IMG/VR virus record: IMGVR_UViG_3300036770_005287
Coordinates: 21,033 to 85,032 of that record
Reading direction: 5' to 3' (one strand)
From: a virus
DNA length: 64,000 nucleotides
A program made the translations under genes and the position numbers. Below are positions 1-9,392 of the stretch, piece after piece; position 1 is the stretch's first letter, and each line of letters opens with the position of its first letter. The notes under the pieces are model-generated. The model was given only the letters and a program-made list of their open reading frames with translations, had not been told where the DNA came from and did not search any database.

Positions 1-410
1 GAAAAATCCGTTTCAACCGGCAAACCTGGCAGGCACTGTGACAGGATAAAAGCCGGCGTTTTGTTCACAAAAAAACGCGGCTTTGTGGCTGGTTGCTTGA
101 GCTTGTGACAGGCCTCGCTAAAGGCGTCTACCGTAATGGCCTCGCCGTCTATTTTCGGCAGGCCAGCAATAAAGCGCTCTTTAAAATTCACCGGCTTTTC
201 TGATAAGACATCACTAAATTCGGCCTCAATAAGTGAACCACCTTTGAGGCCAAAATCATCACGGATCACAGAACGTACATCACGTAGCTGCAGAGTGATC
301 AGCGGCCCGGACGTGTCGGCACACTCAATGTAGTTGCTGCTGATAATGGCATCCTGCGTCACCAGGTTGCCATTGATAAAAAGCCGCTGCAGCCAGACGC
401 GATCAGCCAT
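1..410 (-). CDS. P1 gp6-like tail/baseplate protein (partial, runs off window start)
   Basis: Open frame from ATG at 410 (MADRVWLQRLFING...) to the window edge; overlaps the stop of the upstream gene; P1 order 26-25-7-24-6. Confidence 0.55.
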   Translation of the reverse strand, partial: MADRVWLQRLFINGNLVTQDAIISSNYIECADTSGPLITLQLRDVRSVIRDDFGLKGGSLIEAEFSDVLSEKPVNFKERFIAGLPKIDGEAITVDAFSEACHKLKQPATKPRFFVNKTPAFILSQCLPGLPVETDF

Positions 411-1152
411 TAATCACCTCAGTACCAAACGTCGTTGTGGCGATAGTTTCAATAATCTCTTCGGCCATGAGGAAATCGACATCGACCGTGACAGAGACTG
501 ACAGCATGCGCAGCCGGTCCTGCATAAATGACGCTGATTCATTGGCTGCCGTGGTCATGGGTCCATCGGAAAAGCGGCCGGCCGTGGCTATAGGGCAGCC
601 CATCAGTTCGGTTTTGACCATAAGGGATTTGTCGGCGCGCTTATCGCGCAAATACATCAAAAATAAAGCCGCCAGCGGCGCTATATCCGCATCGTGAAAG
701 CCGACTATATTCACCACATAGGTAAAGCTGGCAAGGCTTGACATGACGCGGGCAGCGGCCTTGCCGTCGTTATCTTCAATCACGGCCACTTCAGGTAAAT
801 CCGTGGATGCGTTCATAGACGGATCAGCAAAAGCAATGGACGGATCTCGCGTGACATACACAATGGGCAGCTGTGCCTTACCGGCATCGCTGTGATTCGC
901 TTTTGACAGGTCAATCAGAAAGTTTTTCGGCGTGTCCCATTGGCCCAGCGCTATGGCGTCCTTTGGCGCTTTGGCTTTCCACGCGGCAATCGCAGAGCCT
1001 TGCGCGGCCATGATACGGGAAAGCACCCGGTAGACACGGTTAACTACTGCAGTATCGATGTCAGGGAACGGCATTACAGCCAGGCCCGCGGGACGGCCGA
1101 GATCACCGCGCGTTGCTTCCGTGATTGATATATCAAACCGGTCAAAATTCAT
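403..1152 (-). CDS. P1 gp24-like baseplate/tail protein
   Basis: Start taken at MNFDRF (1152), coupled to the upstream stop; size and synteny match P1 gp24. Confidence 0.55.
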   Translation of the reverse strand: MNFDRFDISITEATRGDLGRPAGLAVMPFPDIDTAVVNRVYRVLSRIMAAQGSAIAAWKAKAPKDAIALGQWDTPKNFLIDLSKANHSDAGKAQLPIVYVTRDPSIAFADPSMNASTDLPEVAVIEDNDGKAAARVMSSLASFTYVVNIVGFHDADIAPLAALFLMYLRDKRADKSLMVKTELMGCPIATAGRFSDGPMTTAANESASFMQDRLRMLSVSVTVDVDFLMAEEIIETIATTTFGTEVING

Positions 1153-3281
1153 GCGTTTACTCCTGTAAAATCGCGCAGCGGGATCAGGTAATAGACAGCG
1201 CCGGCCGTTGTGGTACCAAGGCTGGTTGAATGGTGCACGTACCACCAGCTGCGCCGGGTGTTCCCGTCGCCTAAGTCATCTTCGAATTCGAGCGCGCTAC
1301 CGGTCGGCACGTCGGTATCAACGCAAACCGTCAGATAGTCCTCATGCTCATTAATTAGGTTCTCGCCGGCCATATCCATATCAAATGGCATGCTTTCGCG
1401 CGGCCGCTCCAAGATGTAGCAAACCACCGGATCCGCGTATTCAGTCACTCGCTGATTCACGTCAGGCTGACTGAAAAGCGCATCATCCCGCCACTGATCC
1501 GGTTCAGGCGTCACCGGCGCCGCATCACGCACTACATAAAGCAAACCGGTAAAGCTGTCCGGACTTTGCCGCACAAACTCCTGCTGGTCCTGCTTGGTTT
1601 GATTGTTCCAGACGTAGTGGCCGCTATGGCGCAGCTTTTTAATCGCCTGGTTTGCCTTCCCGCCAGCCATGAAATCGGCATTGAGCTGCAGGATTGAGCC
1701 GCCGACATAATTAAACTGCTGGTTGAATTGGCCGTTGACGATGAAGTCACAGGCAATAGGCAATAGTGAGCCTGCAACAATATGCTGGCCGTAATGAAGT
1801 TCACCGCCGGCAATCGTTTCGACAGATATGGTTATCTCGGCACCGCCGACATAGCGCTCCCGCTGCATGACAACGCCGCCCGCCATGAAATCAGGCGACA
1901 ACACATCGATGCTGCCCCCGGTATAGCGCTCTTTTTGGCTCACTGTACCGTCAGCAATGAAATCTGGCGCAACTGTCAGCATGGATCCACTGGTGTACGA
2001 CTGCCCGGTGGACACAATGCCGCCAGCAGTGAAGTCAACAGCAATAACACTGATCACGCCGCCGGTATAGCGCTCTTTCTGAGAAACCGCGCCACCGCTG
2101 GTAAAGTCTACAGATAATGATTCAATAGCGCCCTGGTTATACCGCTCCCGCTGCATCACAGTGCCGCCAGCAGTAAAATCAGCAGCCACGGAAAGCACTG
2201 ATCCGCCCACATACGACTCACCTGATGATGAGATACCGCCAGCAATAAAATCAGCTGAGATTGTGGTTATGGCGCCCTGGGTGAAATACTGGCGCTGCAT
2301 AACGGTACCGCCGGCCATGAAATCCACCGAAACAGACTCGATTGCGCCCTGGGTGAAATACTGGCGCTGCATAACGGTACCGTCGGCCATAAAGTCGGAC
2401 GAAACCGACTCGATTGCGCCCTGGGTGAAATGCTGGCGCTGCATAACGGTACCGCCGGCCATGAAATCCACCGAAACAGACTCGATAGCGCCTTGGCTGT
2501 ATTGCTGGCGCTGCATGACTGCGCCACCAGCCATAAAATCAGGCGACAGCTGCTTAATCGTGCCTTGCGTATAGCGCTCCCGCTGCATCACAGCACCGCC
2601 AGTCATAAAATCGACTGGCAGTGTCAGGATGGTACCTGCAGTGTGGCGCTCAGGCTGCACAGTATCGTAATCAAGCCACCAGCTATTAGTCGGTGTGCCG
2701 GTATGGCCTGTTATCGTCAATAGCTCTGAGCTGTTTGATGATCCCCAGTTCACGCCGGATCCGGTGGCAGTCCCGTCGTTCCACTCTCCGATATAACTAG
2801 CGGATGCCAGTGTTCCTGCGCTTACCCGGTAAATTGTGATTGGGTTATATCGGGTAGTTGACCGCCCCAGGGCGTTTAACAGAGATGACCCCTGATTAAT
2901 TGATCCGGTCCAAGACCCCATTGGGGCATTGTTGTAATAAAGCCGGACCTGCGCAGTAGTGCCTGAGCCGGTATCGTCATACTCAAAACGGATTTTGTCG
3001 CGTCTATCCAGCGCGCCAGTATTTGCCGGCCCTAATACCCTTACGGTCGAGCCAATAACAACCCTGGGCTCAAAGCTGGCAGTCAGGGATAAGCCTTGCG
3101 CTGCAGTTGACGTATGCCCGGCAATATAGCCGATGCCGTTATCTGACATTGCGTGTAGAGCAAACTCAATCTCAATGAACGATGTCCCGCCAACCGCTGC
3201 GCCGGCGTTTGGAACAAAACTGGGCAGCGCTATATATGCGGATAGCCCCTGATTTAAGGTACTGAGCGCAAACTTAGCCAT
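1149..3281 (-). CDS. Virion protein: N-terminal beta-sandwich/lectin-like domain + 14 x 24-aa repeats + P1 gp7-like C-terminal domain
   Basis: 710 aa; repeats of type RYTQGAIESVSVDFMAGGTVMQRQ; C-terminal ~165 aa in the gp7 syntenic position. Confidence 0.6.
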   Translation of the reverse strand: MAKFALSTLNQGLSAYIALPSFVPNAGAAVGGTSFIEIEFALHAMSDNGIGYIAGHTSTAAQGLSLTASFEPRVVIGSTVRVLGPANTGALDRRDKIRFEYDDTGSGTTAQVRLYYNNAPMGSWTGSINQGSSLLNALGRSTTRYNPITIYRVSAGTLASASYIGEWNDGTATGSGVNWGSSNSSELLTITGHTGTPTNSWWLDYDTVQPERHTAGTILTLPVDFMTGGAVMQRERYTQGTIKQLSPDFMAGGAVMQRQQYSQGAIESVSVDFMAGGTVMQRQHFTQGAIESVSSDFMADGTVMQRQYFTQGAIESVSVDFMAGGTVMQRQYFTQGAITTISADFIAGGISSSGESYVGGSVLSVAADFTAGGTVMQRERYNQGAIESLSVDFTSGGAVSQKERYTGGVISVIAVDFTAGGIVSTGQSYTSGSMLTVAPDFIADGTVSQKERYTGGSIDVLSPDFMAGGVVMQRERYVGGAEITISVETIAGGELHYGQHIVAGSLLPIACDFIVNGQFNQQFNYVGGSILQLNADFMAGGKANQAIKKLRHSGHYVWNNQTKQDQQEFVRQSPDSFTGLLYVVRDAAPVTPEPDQWRDDALFSQPDVNQRVTEYADPVVCYILERPRESMPFDMDMAGENLINEHEDYLTVCVDTDVPTGSALEFEDDLGDGNTRRSWWYVHHSTSLGTTTAGAVYYLIPLRDFTGVNA
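1646..2651 (-). repeat. Coding tandem repeat, ~14 units of 72 bp (24 aa)
   Basis: GCGCCCTGGGTGAAAT recurs at 2272, 2344 and 2416 (72-bp period); outer units degenerate. Confidence 0.9.
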
Positions 3282-4012
3282 TAGACCGCCTCAAAATTTC
3301 CGGCCACCGCATAAAACTCACCGCGGCAGCGGTATTCCCGGTATTGCAGCCCGCGAATATTCAAATCGCACTTGTAAAGCCCGGCTTCATGCACAAAGAA
3401 CCGTTTATCAAGCTGCCATTGCGTCCAATTGACACCATCCGCACTTTCGCGAACTTCAACTAAGACGCCTGAGCGCTCAGGCAGAGATACCTGCAGGTTT
3501 AGCAAAATGGCTGTCCTGCCATTGCCAGCGGCTTTCACAAAGTCACCCACGTTAACGCGGGCCGGTTCGCGCACTTCCACAACATCGCGCAGCGTGAGAT
3601 CAGGCCATACAGCAAATTCACGCGTTGCCAGCTTCAAAAATTTATTGCGCCAGGCTTCTGTGATAATGCCAACGGCAACCGCTGCATCAAGCGCCTGCTC
3701 ATGCTCAGGCAATCCCAGGTGAATAACGAAGCGATCACTATTGAGATACGACGGCTCAAATCCAGCTCTTAACTTTTGCAAAATCGCCTGCTGAGCCGCC
3801 AGCGGCAACGGCGAATCTTTTGGCACGAAGGTATCAAGCTGGTCGCGCAAGCCATCGCCCAAAATCTCGGTGATCTCAGGCACAACATCAGGCAATAACC
3901 GGTCAACCATCTTCACTTTTTGCGCCTTTAACAGCTCAAAGCAGCCATTTGAAGAAATACCGGCGTATTGCGGCTTTGCCAACTCATCGATAAGCGCTTG
4001 TGTGACGGCCAT
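3281..4012 (-). CDS. Hypothetical protein in tail operon
   Basis: 243-aa ORF translationally coupled to the downstream gene. Confidence 0.7.
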   Translation of the reverse strand: MAVTQALIDELAKPQYAGISSNGCFELLKAQKVKMVDRLLPDVVPEITEILGDGLRDQLDTFVPKDSPLPLAAQQAILQKLRAGFEPSYLNSDRFVIHLGLPEHEQALDAAVAVGIITEAWRNKFLKLATREFAVWPDLTLRDVVEVREPARVNVGDFVKAAGNGRTAILLNLQVSLPERSGVLVEVRESADGVNWTQWQLDKRFFVHEAGLYKCDLNIRGLQYREYRCRGEFYAVAGNFEAV

Positions 4013-4058
4013 TACAAATCTCCAACGGTTAGAAAAGGGAAAAGGGCGTTATGCGCCC

Positions 4059-4400
4059 TTATGGAATCTGTAAGCCTGTGGTGGCAGCTGGACAGGTGTA
4101 AGTCGCGTCGTCTACAACAATTGTTGGCTGCAGTGACAGTGTGCTATAGCCCAAAAATGCCGCGTTATTCCAAAAGCCGATCGCTTTGGGCGCATGGCCT
4201 GGTCCCAGGTTAAACACTGCATCAGCGCTTAAAAGACGCTTACGCGCGGCCGCAGCAGCTAACGTCATCGGCAGGCGGCCATAATCGTGACCGGTCAATT
4301 CACTGGCACCGCCAGCAGGTGCCACAACGCTGTGTAGTGATACGTGTGTGACGGTCAGTGCATTTAACATCTGATGCACGGTTGAATCTTCAAGAGCCAT
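4059..4400 (-). CDS. Putative small virion/fibre structural protein
   Basis: 113 aa; VSLH...ASELTG..Y.R pattern seen in phage fibre-associated proteins; GAGG RBS. Confidence 0.55.
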   Translation of the reverse strand: MALEDSTVHQMLNALTVTHVSLHSVVAPAGGASELTGHDYGRLPMTLAAAAARKRLLSADAVFNLGPGHAPKAIGFWNNAAFLGYSTLSLQPTIVVDDATYTCPAATTGLQIP

Positions 4401-4414
4401 AGGTACCTCTGTAG

Positions 4415-5629
4415 TTATTGAATAATTGAATTGAACTGCTCAGCGGTCATCCCGACCTTGTTGGCCACCATGGCGCGGATCTCGCTATCGCTTTTCCCGG
4501 CGGCCGTGTGGATATCCTTGAAAACTTGATAAAGCTGCTTCGCCAGATCGCGGTTAAGCTGCGTAGCAACGTCGTACTTTTGTTGTGTTTGGGCTTTTGA
4601 GGCTTCAGCTGCTGCTGCCCGCTCTTCAGCGGCCTGCAGCTTTTTGCGGGCCTTGGTGGCTTGCTGGCGGGCTTTTTCAATGGCAGCCTTTGATGTCGCC
4701 AGTTTTTTCGATAGCGCTTCTTGCCGGCGCTGGTACCGGGCGAATTCAGCGATAGCCCTGGTCTGGTCAATGGGCGTTTTTGCCACCTTGTCCATTTTTT
4801 TGACGGCTTTGTCGTCCACGATGATTTTGCGACTGTCACCGAACCCAACCTTGTTGGCCTGGCGTTCCATGGCAGTGACAAAGAGTTTCTGAAACGCGGC
4901 TGTAGCGCTCTTATTGAGGACGTGCAGGACGTGTTTGCACGCCACGCCGGTCATTTGAGGATTTCGGATTTTCGCCGGGGAAAACTCTTTCGGCGGCGCC
5001 AGGCAATAGTTGCCGACAGTAGCCAGATACCGGTACCAGTACTGATGCCGGCCACAATCACAGGCAATTGAGATCCGGCCGTTTAAGGCCGCCTTGGCCG
5101 CCTTGGCATAGCCCTTATCCGGATGCGCATTCATCAGCGCATCGTCCCATTCTTCGAATCGCAGCTTTACCTGGTGCGCCTCGTACCCGTGCGCATCAGA
5201 TGCTTTGACGCGATATGTCACGACATTGCTTTGAATGGCGACAATGGCCGCCTGCCGGATCCCGGTACCGTCTGACACCTGGTTGTTTGCACGCTTGATA
5301 TCGATTTCGCGGCTGCCCGCAATGATTTGCGCCAGCGTGATCCCGGCCGTTTTCGAATCAAACTGCTTTTGAAATTGGCGCCGGCGCTTTTCGAGCGCCA
5401 ACAGATCAGCCCTGGTAAATGGCGTGCCGTCTTCTTTTTGACCGAGTTTGGCAAGATCTGCAGGGGATTTGCGGCGCAGCATGCCGGGCGTGATAGTGCG
5501 ATATGCTGATTTTCGCCGGTTGTTCTGGTCCTTGCGGATTTGCTCGAAGAGCTTCACAAAATCGCGCTGTGAAAGCCCCTCGACCTTATACCGGCCGTTG
5601 TCTAACTTCTCAAAGGCGGATGCCATCAC
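4415..5629 (-). CDS. P1 gp25-like tail protein with SWIM-type Zn motif
   Basis: CDCGRHQYWYRY...CKH motif, coiled-coil C-terminus, synteny. Confidence 0.7.
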   Translation of the reverse strand: MMASAFEKLDNGRYKVEGLSQRDFVKLFEQIRKDQNNRRKSAYRTITPGMLRRKSPADLAKLGQKEDGTPFTRADLLALEKRRRQFQKQFDSKTAGITLAQIIAGSREIDIKRANNQVSDGTGIRQAAIVAIQSNVVTYRVKASDAHGYEAHQVKLRFEEWDDALMNAHPDKGYAKAAKAALNGRISIACDCGRHQYWYRYLATVGNYCLAPPKEFSPAKIRNPQMTGVACKHVLHVLNKSATAAFQKLFVTAMERQANKVGFGDSRKIIVDDKAVKKMDKVAKTPIDQTRAIAEFARYQRRQEALSKKLATSKAAIEKARQQATKARKKLQAAEERAAAAEASKAQTQQKYDVATQLNRDLAKQLYQVFKDIHTAAGKSDSEIRAMVANKVGMTAEQFNSIIQ

Positions 5630-5924
5630 GGACCTCGCGGATCACCTGATGCACCACCGATAACGGAGGCAGGCGCACACTAAAGCCAACGGGCAAACCA
5701 GCTAACGAATCATCGATATCGCAGACCAGCAACAGCAACCAGGCCAGCTCATAGGCACCATAGGCGCGATAAGCAGCCAGGTCTGCGCGCAGCGCCTCAT
5801 CCTGGCGGATTTCGTATTCAATGGCGGCATTCGCTGGATCTGCTAAATACGACAGCAGGCGCCGATACACTTCTGTCCGCCTGATGTCATCAGTGATTTC
5901 AATGGAAGGAACAAGCCGGCTCAT
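5610..5924 (-). CDS. P1 gp26-like baseplate protein (LysM/tail-X-like)
   Basis: YEIRQDEALRADLAAYRAYG...W...LPVG...LP pattern; precedes gp25-like gene. Confidence 0.65.
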   Translation of the reverse strand: MSRLVPSIEITDDIRRTEVYRRLLSYLADPANAAIEYEIRQDEALRADLAAYRAYGAYELAWLLLLVCDIDDSLAGLPVGFSVRLPPLSVVHQVIREVRDGIRL

Positions 5925-6466
5925 AAGACAAAGCCCCGGCCACGGCCGCCAGCTGATTGCAGTGCGTTAAAATGCGCCCAGTAGCTCTGCTGGAAATTCA
6001 TTTCTAAGGTTTGATGATGGTGCGCGTGATAGCACATCAACAGCAGCGCCTGCTGTTCAGGCCGCCAGTTTTCCCAGTCGATAATATAACTGGTCTTACC
6101 GGCGCCATCCGTTACCGGCGCAACGGTCGTTTCGTTGATATCAACAGGCGTCACGTCTTTGTAGCGAATAAGGCGATTGCCCTGCAGGTATCGGTAAGCC
6201 GCCAGTGCAGCCAACAACCGGGGAGCGCCTGTGCCGGCGTCCACTTCTGATAATGGCGTTTTGAGCACAACAAAGGGATAACTTAGGTTGTGCGTATCGA
6301 TCGCAACGACAAAGCCGCGCGCCCGCAAATCAGCCAGGTCCTTTTCTAAGTCTCGGGTAGTTTTCAGCCGCTCATTTTTGGCAATGAGTAATACGCCGTT
6401 TTTTACAGCGCCTTGCATCAGCGTTATGCCGCCATTAATACACGCAACAGCTAATTTTTTATCCAA
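5921..6466 (-). CDS. Hypothetical protein, first gene of late tail operon
   Basis: 181-aa ORF with GGGGA RBS, directly downstream of a late-promoter motif. Confidence 0.7.
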   Translation of the reverse strand: MDKKLAVACINGGITLMQGAVKNGVLLIAKNERLKTTRDLEKDLADLRARGFVVAIDTHNLSYPFVVLKTPLSEVDAGTGAPRLLAALAAYRYLQGNRLIRYKDVTPVDINETTVAPVTDGAGKTSYIIDWENWRPEQQALLLMCYHAHHHQTLEMNFQQSYWAHFNALQSAGGRGRGFVL

Positions 6467-6492
6467 GCGTTCCCCCGACTGGCTACTGAGCC

Positions 6493-6511
6493 ATTATGCC
6501 GGTGGCGCTAA
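6493..6511 (-). promoter_or_regulatory. Putative late promoter TTAGCGC-N6-CATAAT
   Basis: Same architecture at 36094, 40265 and 58345, each ahead of a late operon. Confidence 0.65.
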
Positions 6512-6535
6512 TTTTCGGATCCACTTTAAATCTAT

Positions 6536-6550
6536 TTAACGTTAGGATAA
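6536..6550 (+). promoter_or_regulatory. Asymmetric operator motif TTAACGTTAGGATAA
   Basis: One of 11 near-identical copies. Confidence 0.7.
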
Positions 6551-6651
6551 AAAAACCCGCTAAAGCGGTTAGCAATAGCGGGCTCTGTAAAAACTACAGC
6601 AGGTTGTTGCACAGCATCACGGGTAAGAACAACTGTCAGGCAACAGTCGCG
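6549..6651 (-). ncRNA. Putative ~100-nt sRNA
   Basis: TTGCGC-N18-TACAAT promoter (6686-6657), internal hairpins, terminator CCCGCTA...TAGCGGG-T run. Confidence 0.45.
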
Positions 6652-6691
6652 CCGGCATTGTACGGCAATCTTTCTGCAGTGCGCAACGTGT

Positions 6692-6964
6692 TTAAGCCGC
6701 ATTATTCCCGTGCTTTGCGTCGAACTCAGCCAGCGATATCGGCACGCGTTTGCTCAGTGCTGACTCTAGCCTGGTGGCTTGTGTCAGACTGATCCCGAGC
6801 TGATTAGCAGCCACAGACAGCGGTGCCCCACTAATTAACACGCTCAGGAACTGCCTTTTTTGTTCCTTTGTCAGCTTTTTATTACTGTTCAACGTTAGGA
6901 TAAACGCGGGCGGAAAAATAACTGAAAAGTCCGCGGCATGCCCGATCAAAGGCCTCAAAAACAA
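6692..6964 (-). CDS. Small HTH-like protein (true start probably near 6890)
   Basis: LSVAANQLGISLTQATRL resembles an HTH. Confidence 0.45.
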   Translation of the reverse strand: MFLRPLIGHAADFSVIFPPAFILTLNSNKKLTKEQKRQFLSVLISGAPLSVAANQLGISLTQATRLESALSKRVPISLAEFDAKHGNNAA

Positions 6965-7235
6965 TGTTTTGCTCTGGCTTTTCGGCAGCGCGCTTGAGCA
7001 GTACCAGATAGCGCCGGCCCGGCTTCTTTGCCTCAGTCATATACCGCTTTGTCCGCTGTATACCATAGATGATATTTTTAGCTGTCACCCGGTCGATTTG
7101 CTCATACGGGCAGCCATCTTGTTTAAATAGTTCCAGGATATCTTTGCTTTCGTATCGACGGCCAATTTCCAGCTGCGACACCACCCAGCCAACGCGGCCA
7201 GGCCCTACTCGTTTCATCCGGTTTTTACGTTCCAA
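6882..7235 (-). CDS. Hypothetical protein
   Basis: 117-aa ORF with GAGGGG RBS. Confidence 0.6.
   Translation of the reverse strand: MERKNRMKRVGPGRVGWVVSQLEIGRRYESKDILELFKQDGCPYEQIDRVTAKNIIYGIQRTKRYMTEAKKPGRRYLVLLKRAAEKPEQNIVFEAFDRACRGLFSYFSARVYPNVEQ
6889..6903 (+). promoter_or_regulatory. Asymmetric operator motif TCAACGTTAGGATAA
   Basis: Exact consensus copy. Confidence 0.6.
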
Positions 7236-7320
7236 AACCCACCCCTCAGCAGAAAATGCAACACTGTCCCGAGCTGGCAGAGATCCGCCAGCCGGTTAAG
7301 GATATCAGCAATTTTCAGGG

Positions 7321-7611
7321 TCAGTAATGGTATCGGCACTGCACAATTGTTAAGCAGCCGGATTCAACCTGGTATACCAAGCGATCAGCATGTGTGATAC
7401 GCCGGGACCAGAAGCCAGACAAGTCGCCTTTGAGCGGTTCTGGCTTGCCCGTACCTGTGAATGGTGTCCGCAAACACTCTTCAATCAGCCGGTTAATTTT
7501 GTTCAGTATTTCAATGTCAAATTGCTGCCAGTGTAAATAATCATCCCAGGCATCATCGGACCAACAAATACTTGTATTAGCTACCGCCAGCGCGGCCTTT
7601 TTCTTGCTCAT
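7321..7611 (-). CDS. yoeB: Txe/YoeB family mRNA interferase toxin
   Basis: AWDDYLHW...RTPFTGTGKPEPLKGDLSGFWSRRITHADRLVY...CRYHY. Confidence 0.92.
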   Translation of the reverse strand: MSKKKAALAVANTSICWSDDAWDDYLHWQQFDIEILNKINRLIEECLRTPFTGTGKPEPLKGDLSGFWSRRITHADRLVYQVESGCLTIVQCRYHY

Positions 7612-7861
7612 GTTGATAAAGCTCTTTGGTTTTAGCTTTACCAGCCCGGACCTGAGCGATAGAACGGCGCAGTCTTTCCGCATTATGGGCACTGCCCAAC
7701 AGGTGCAGTGTTTCATTAATGCTGTTGTAGTCATCCAGACTAAGGATAACCACTGGATCTGCAGATTGGCGCGTAACCATCAGTGGCGCATGGTCGGCGC
7801 AAACCTCGTCCATCACTGTCTTTAAGCTGGCTCTAGCATCGCTATAAGACATTTGACGCAT
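7577..7861 (-). CDS. yefM: Phd/YefM family antitoxin
   Basis: MSYSDARASLKTVMDEV...SLDDYNSINETLHLL...NAERLRRSI. Confidence 0.92.
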   Translation of the reverse strand: MRQMSYSDARASLKTVMDEVCADHAPLMVTRQSADPVVILSLDDYNSINETLHLLGSAHNAERLRRSIAQVRAGKAKTKELYQHEQEKGRAGGS

Positions 7862-7922
7862 TTTCAACTTCCCCTCTCTCTTATGCGACTCATTGTACAA
7901 TATCTTGCACAATGCTGGTAGC

Positions 7923-8555
7923 TTAAAATTTAATCCCGTCGATTAATTTATCAACATCACTGAGGAACGTGCGCAGATAGTGATCCGTTGACGATAACGA
8001 CGCCTGGCCTAAGCTATCACGGACCTGGTGAATGGCGGCGCCATTTTTAACCATGGCAAGGGCAAAGGATTTGCGGAAACTGTGCGTACTGAGCTGGTAA
8101 TCAAGGCGCAGATCACAAGCGGCTTTTTTCAGCAGCAAATTCACCATCTGGCAGGTGTAAGGCTGACCAGGGCGAACATTGGATTCGAAAACCAGCTTTT
8201 TGCCGGCGTTGATATGGGCCGCGTCTTCAATGACCGCCCGGCACTGCTCATTTAAGTGCACAGTGAGTTTTGCCACTGCGCGGGCCGCGGCGTGCGACTT
8301 CCCTGCAGCCTGGCTTTTTGAATAAATTTTCTGCTGAATTATGATGACCGAGCTTCTAATCACGCCATTGACGATCACGTCTTCAAACTTGATTTGACTG
8401 GCGTCACTGTAGCGCAGTCCGGTCAGCGCCATGAATTCGAGCATGAGCGCGATAATCGGATTTGCCTGGTCAACGTGTTGGATGATTTTACGAAGTTGCC
8501 GGCCATCGCGTGCCGGGTATGCCTGCTTTGCTGCCATAAAGCCCCCTTTTGGCAA
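7923..8555 (-). CDS. Tyrosine recombinase (catalytic domain only), likely dimer resolvase
   Basis: TGLRYSD, THSFRK, LGQASLSSTDHY motifs; start may be ATG at 8537. Confidence 0.85.
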   Translation of the reverse strand: MPKGGFMAAKQAYPARDGRQLRKIIQHVDQANPIIALMLEFMALTGLRYSDASQIKFEDVIVNGVIRSSVIIIQQKIYSKSQAAGKSHAAARAVAKLTVHLNEQCRAVIEDAAHINAGKKLVFESNVRPGQPYTCQMVNLLLKKAACDLRLDYQLSTHSFRKSFALAMVKNGAAIHQVRDSLGQASLSSTDHYLRTFLSDVDKLIDGIKF

Positions 8556-8679
8556 AATACTGATTTTTCGCTGCCATTCATGCCGGTTTGCCCCTCAACA
8601 AAACAGCTTGCAGCAATTGATTGTAACACGTTGATTTAGTTACATATTATGCACCGTCACAGGCTTTTTAAATAGCCTT

Positions 8680-8713
8680 TTCATTTTCAAGAATGCGTAT
8701 TCTTGAAAATGAT
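8680..8713. other. Putative lox-like recombination site
   Basis: TTCATTTTCAAGA-ATGCGTAT-TCTTGAAAATGAT: 13-8-13 geometry, 12/13 arm match, upstream of the recombinase. Confidence 0.55.
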
Positions 8714-8921
8714 ACTGCGTTTTGGTGAAAAGTGCAGGGGAGTAGCCCATATTTTTATTCAGAATTCACGTAGCAACGTGCTGAAAAATACATCTATCGG
8801 TTAAATCTGTCGTGACATCAGAATTTTCTTCACGGGGATAAACACATTTTTGGAAACCCCAGAAAAATCATGTTCATAAATAAGGTAACATTGCTTTCAT
8901 AATCGCGAAGGGGCTTTTCGG

Positions 8922-9359
8922 ATGAATCCATATAACAGAGTGCTGCATCCAACAAACGGCACTGATATTTTCGGTGAAATGCCGGGTATCGATAAGAGCG
9001 GCATATTACTACCTCCTGGCCTAATCCATCTGGTTGAAGGTGAACACTACGGCCCTAACAGTGGTTTCGGTGTTGTGCACATTGTTGCCGAGCACGATCG
9101 GCAGATAGCCAGGAAGAACAAAGCGCTTGCGCAAATGAGCTCTCACGACAGGGTGCGTCATTACGTGGCGCAAATCCTCATCCGCAAAGCACAGATTTTC
9201 GTTGAACACGAAAAACCAAAGCGGCCTGTGGTGATCCACACAGCAAAAGGCGGCGTGATTCTGGAACTTAGAAGAAATGACGGGATCAGCTGGTATTCAG
9301 TGGTATCTGCGTACAACCGACAGAACCAACGCGGGGAATTGATGGCAAATTTGCTTTAG
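8922..9359 (+). CDS. Putative BECR-fold (PBECR-like) ribonuclease
   Basis: G.G..HI..EH motif and C-terminal WYSVVSAY strand. Confidence 0.55.
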   Translation: MNPYNRVLHPTNGTDIFGEMPGIDKSGILLPPGLIHLVEGEHYGPNSGFGVVHIVAEHDRQIARKNKALAQMSSHDRVRHYVAQILIRKAQIFVEHEKPKRPVVIHTAKGGVILELRRNDGISWYSVVSAYNRQNQRGELMANLL

Positions 9360-9364
9360 ACAAC

Positions 9365-9391
9365 AAAAAACGCGCTCAAGGCGCGTTCTTT
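9365..9391. terminator. Bidirectional intrinsic terminator
   Basis: AAAAAACGCGC-TCAAG-GCGCGTTCTTT. Confidence 0.75.
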
Positions 9392-9392
9392 G

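Noticed and set aside
1646-2651. Regular direct repeats as a CRISPR array
   Set aside because: Contiguous 72-bp in-frame coding units with no unique spacers and no cas genes
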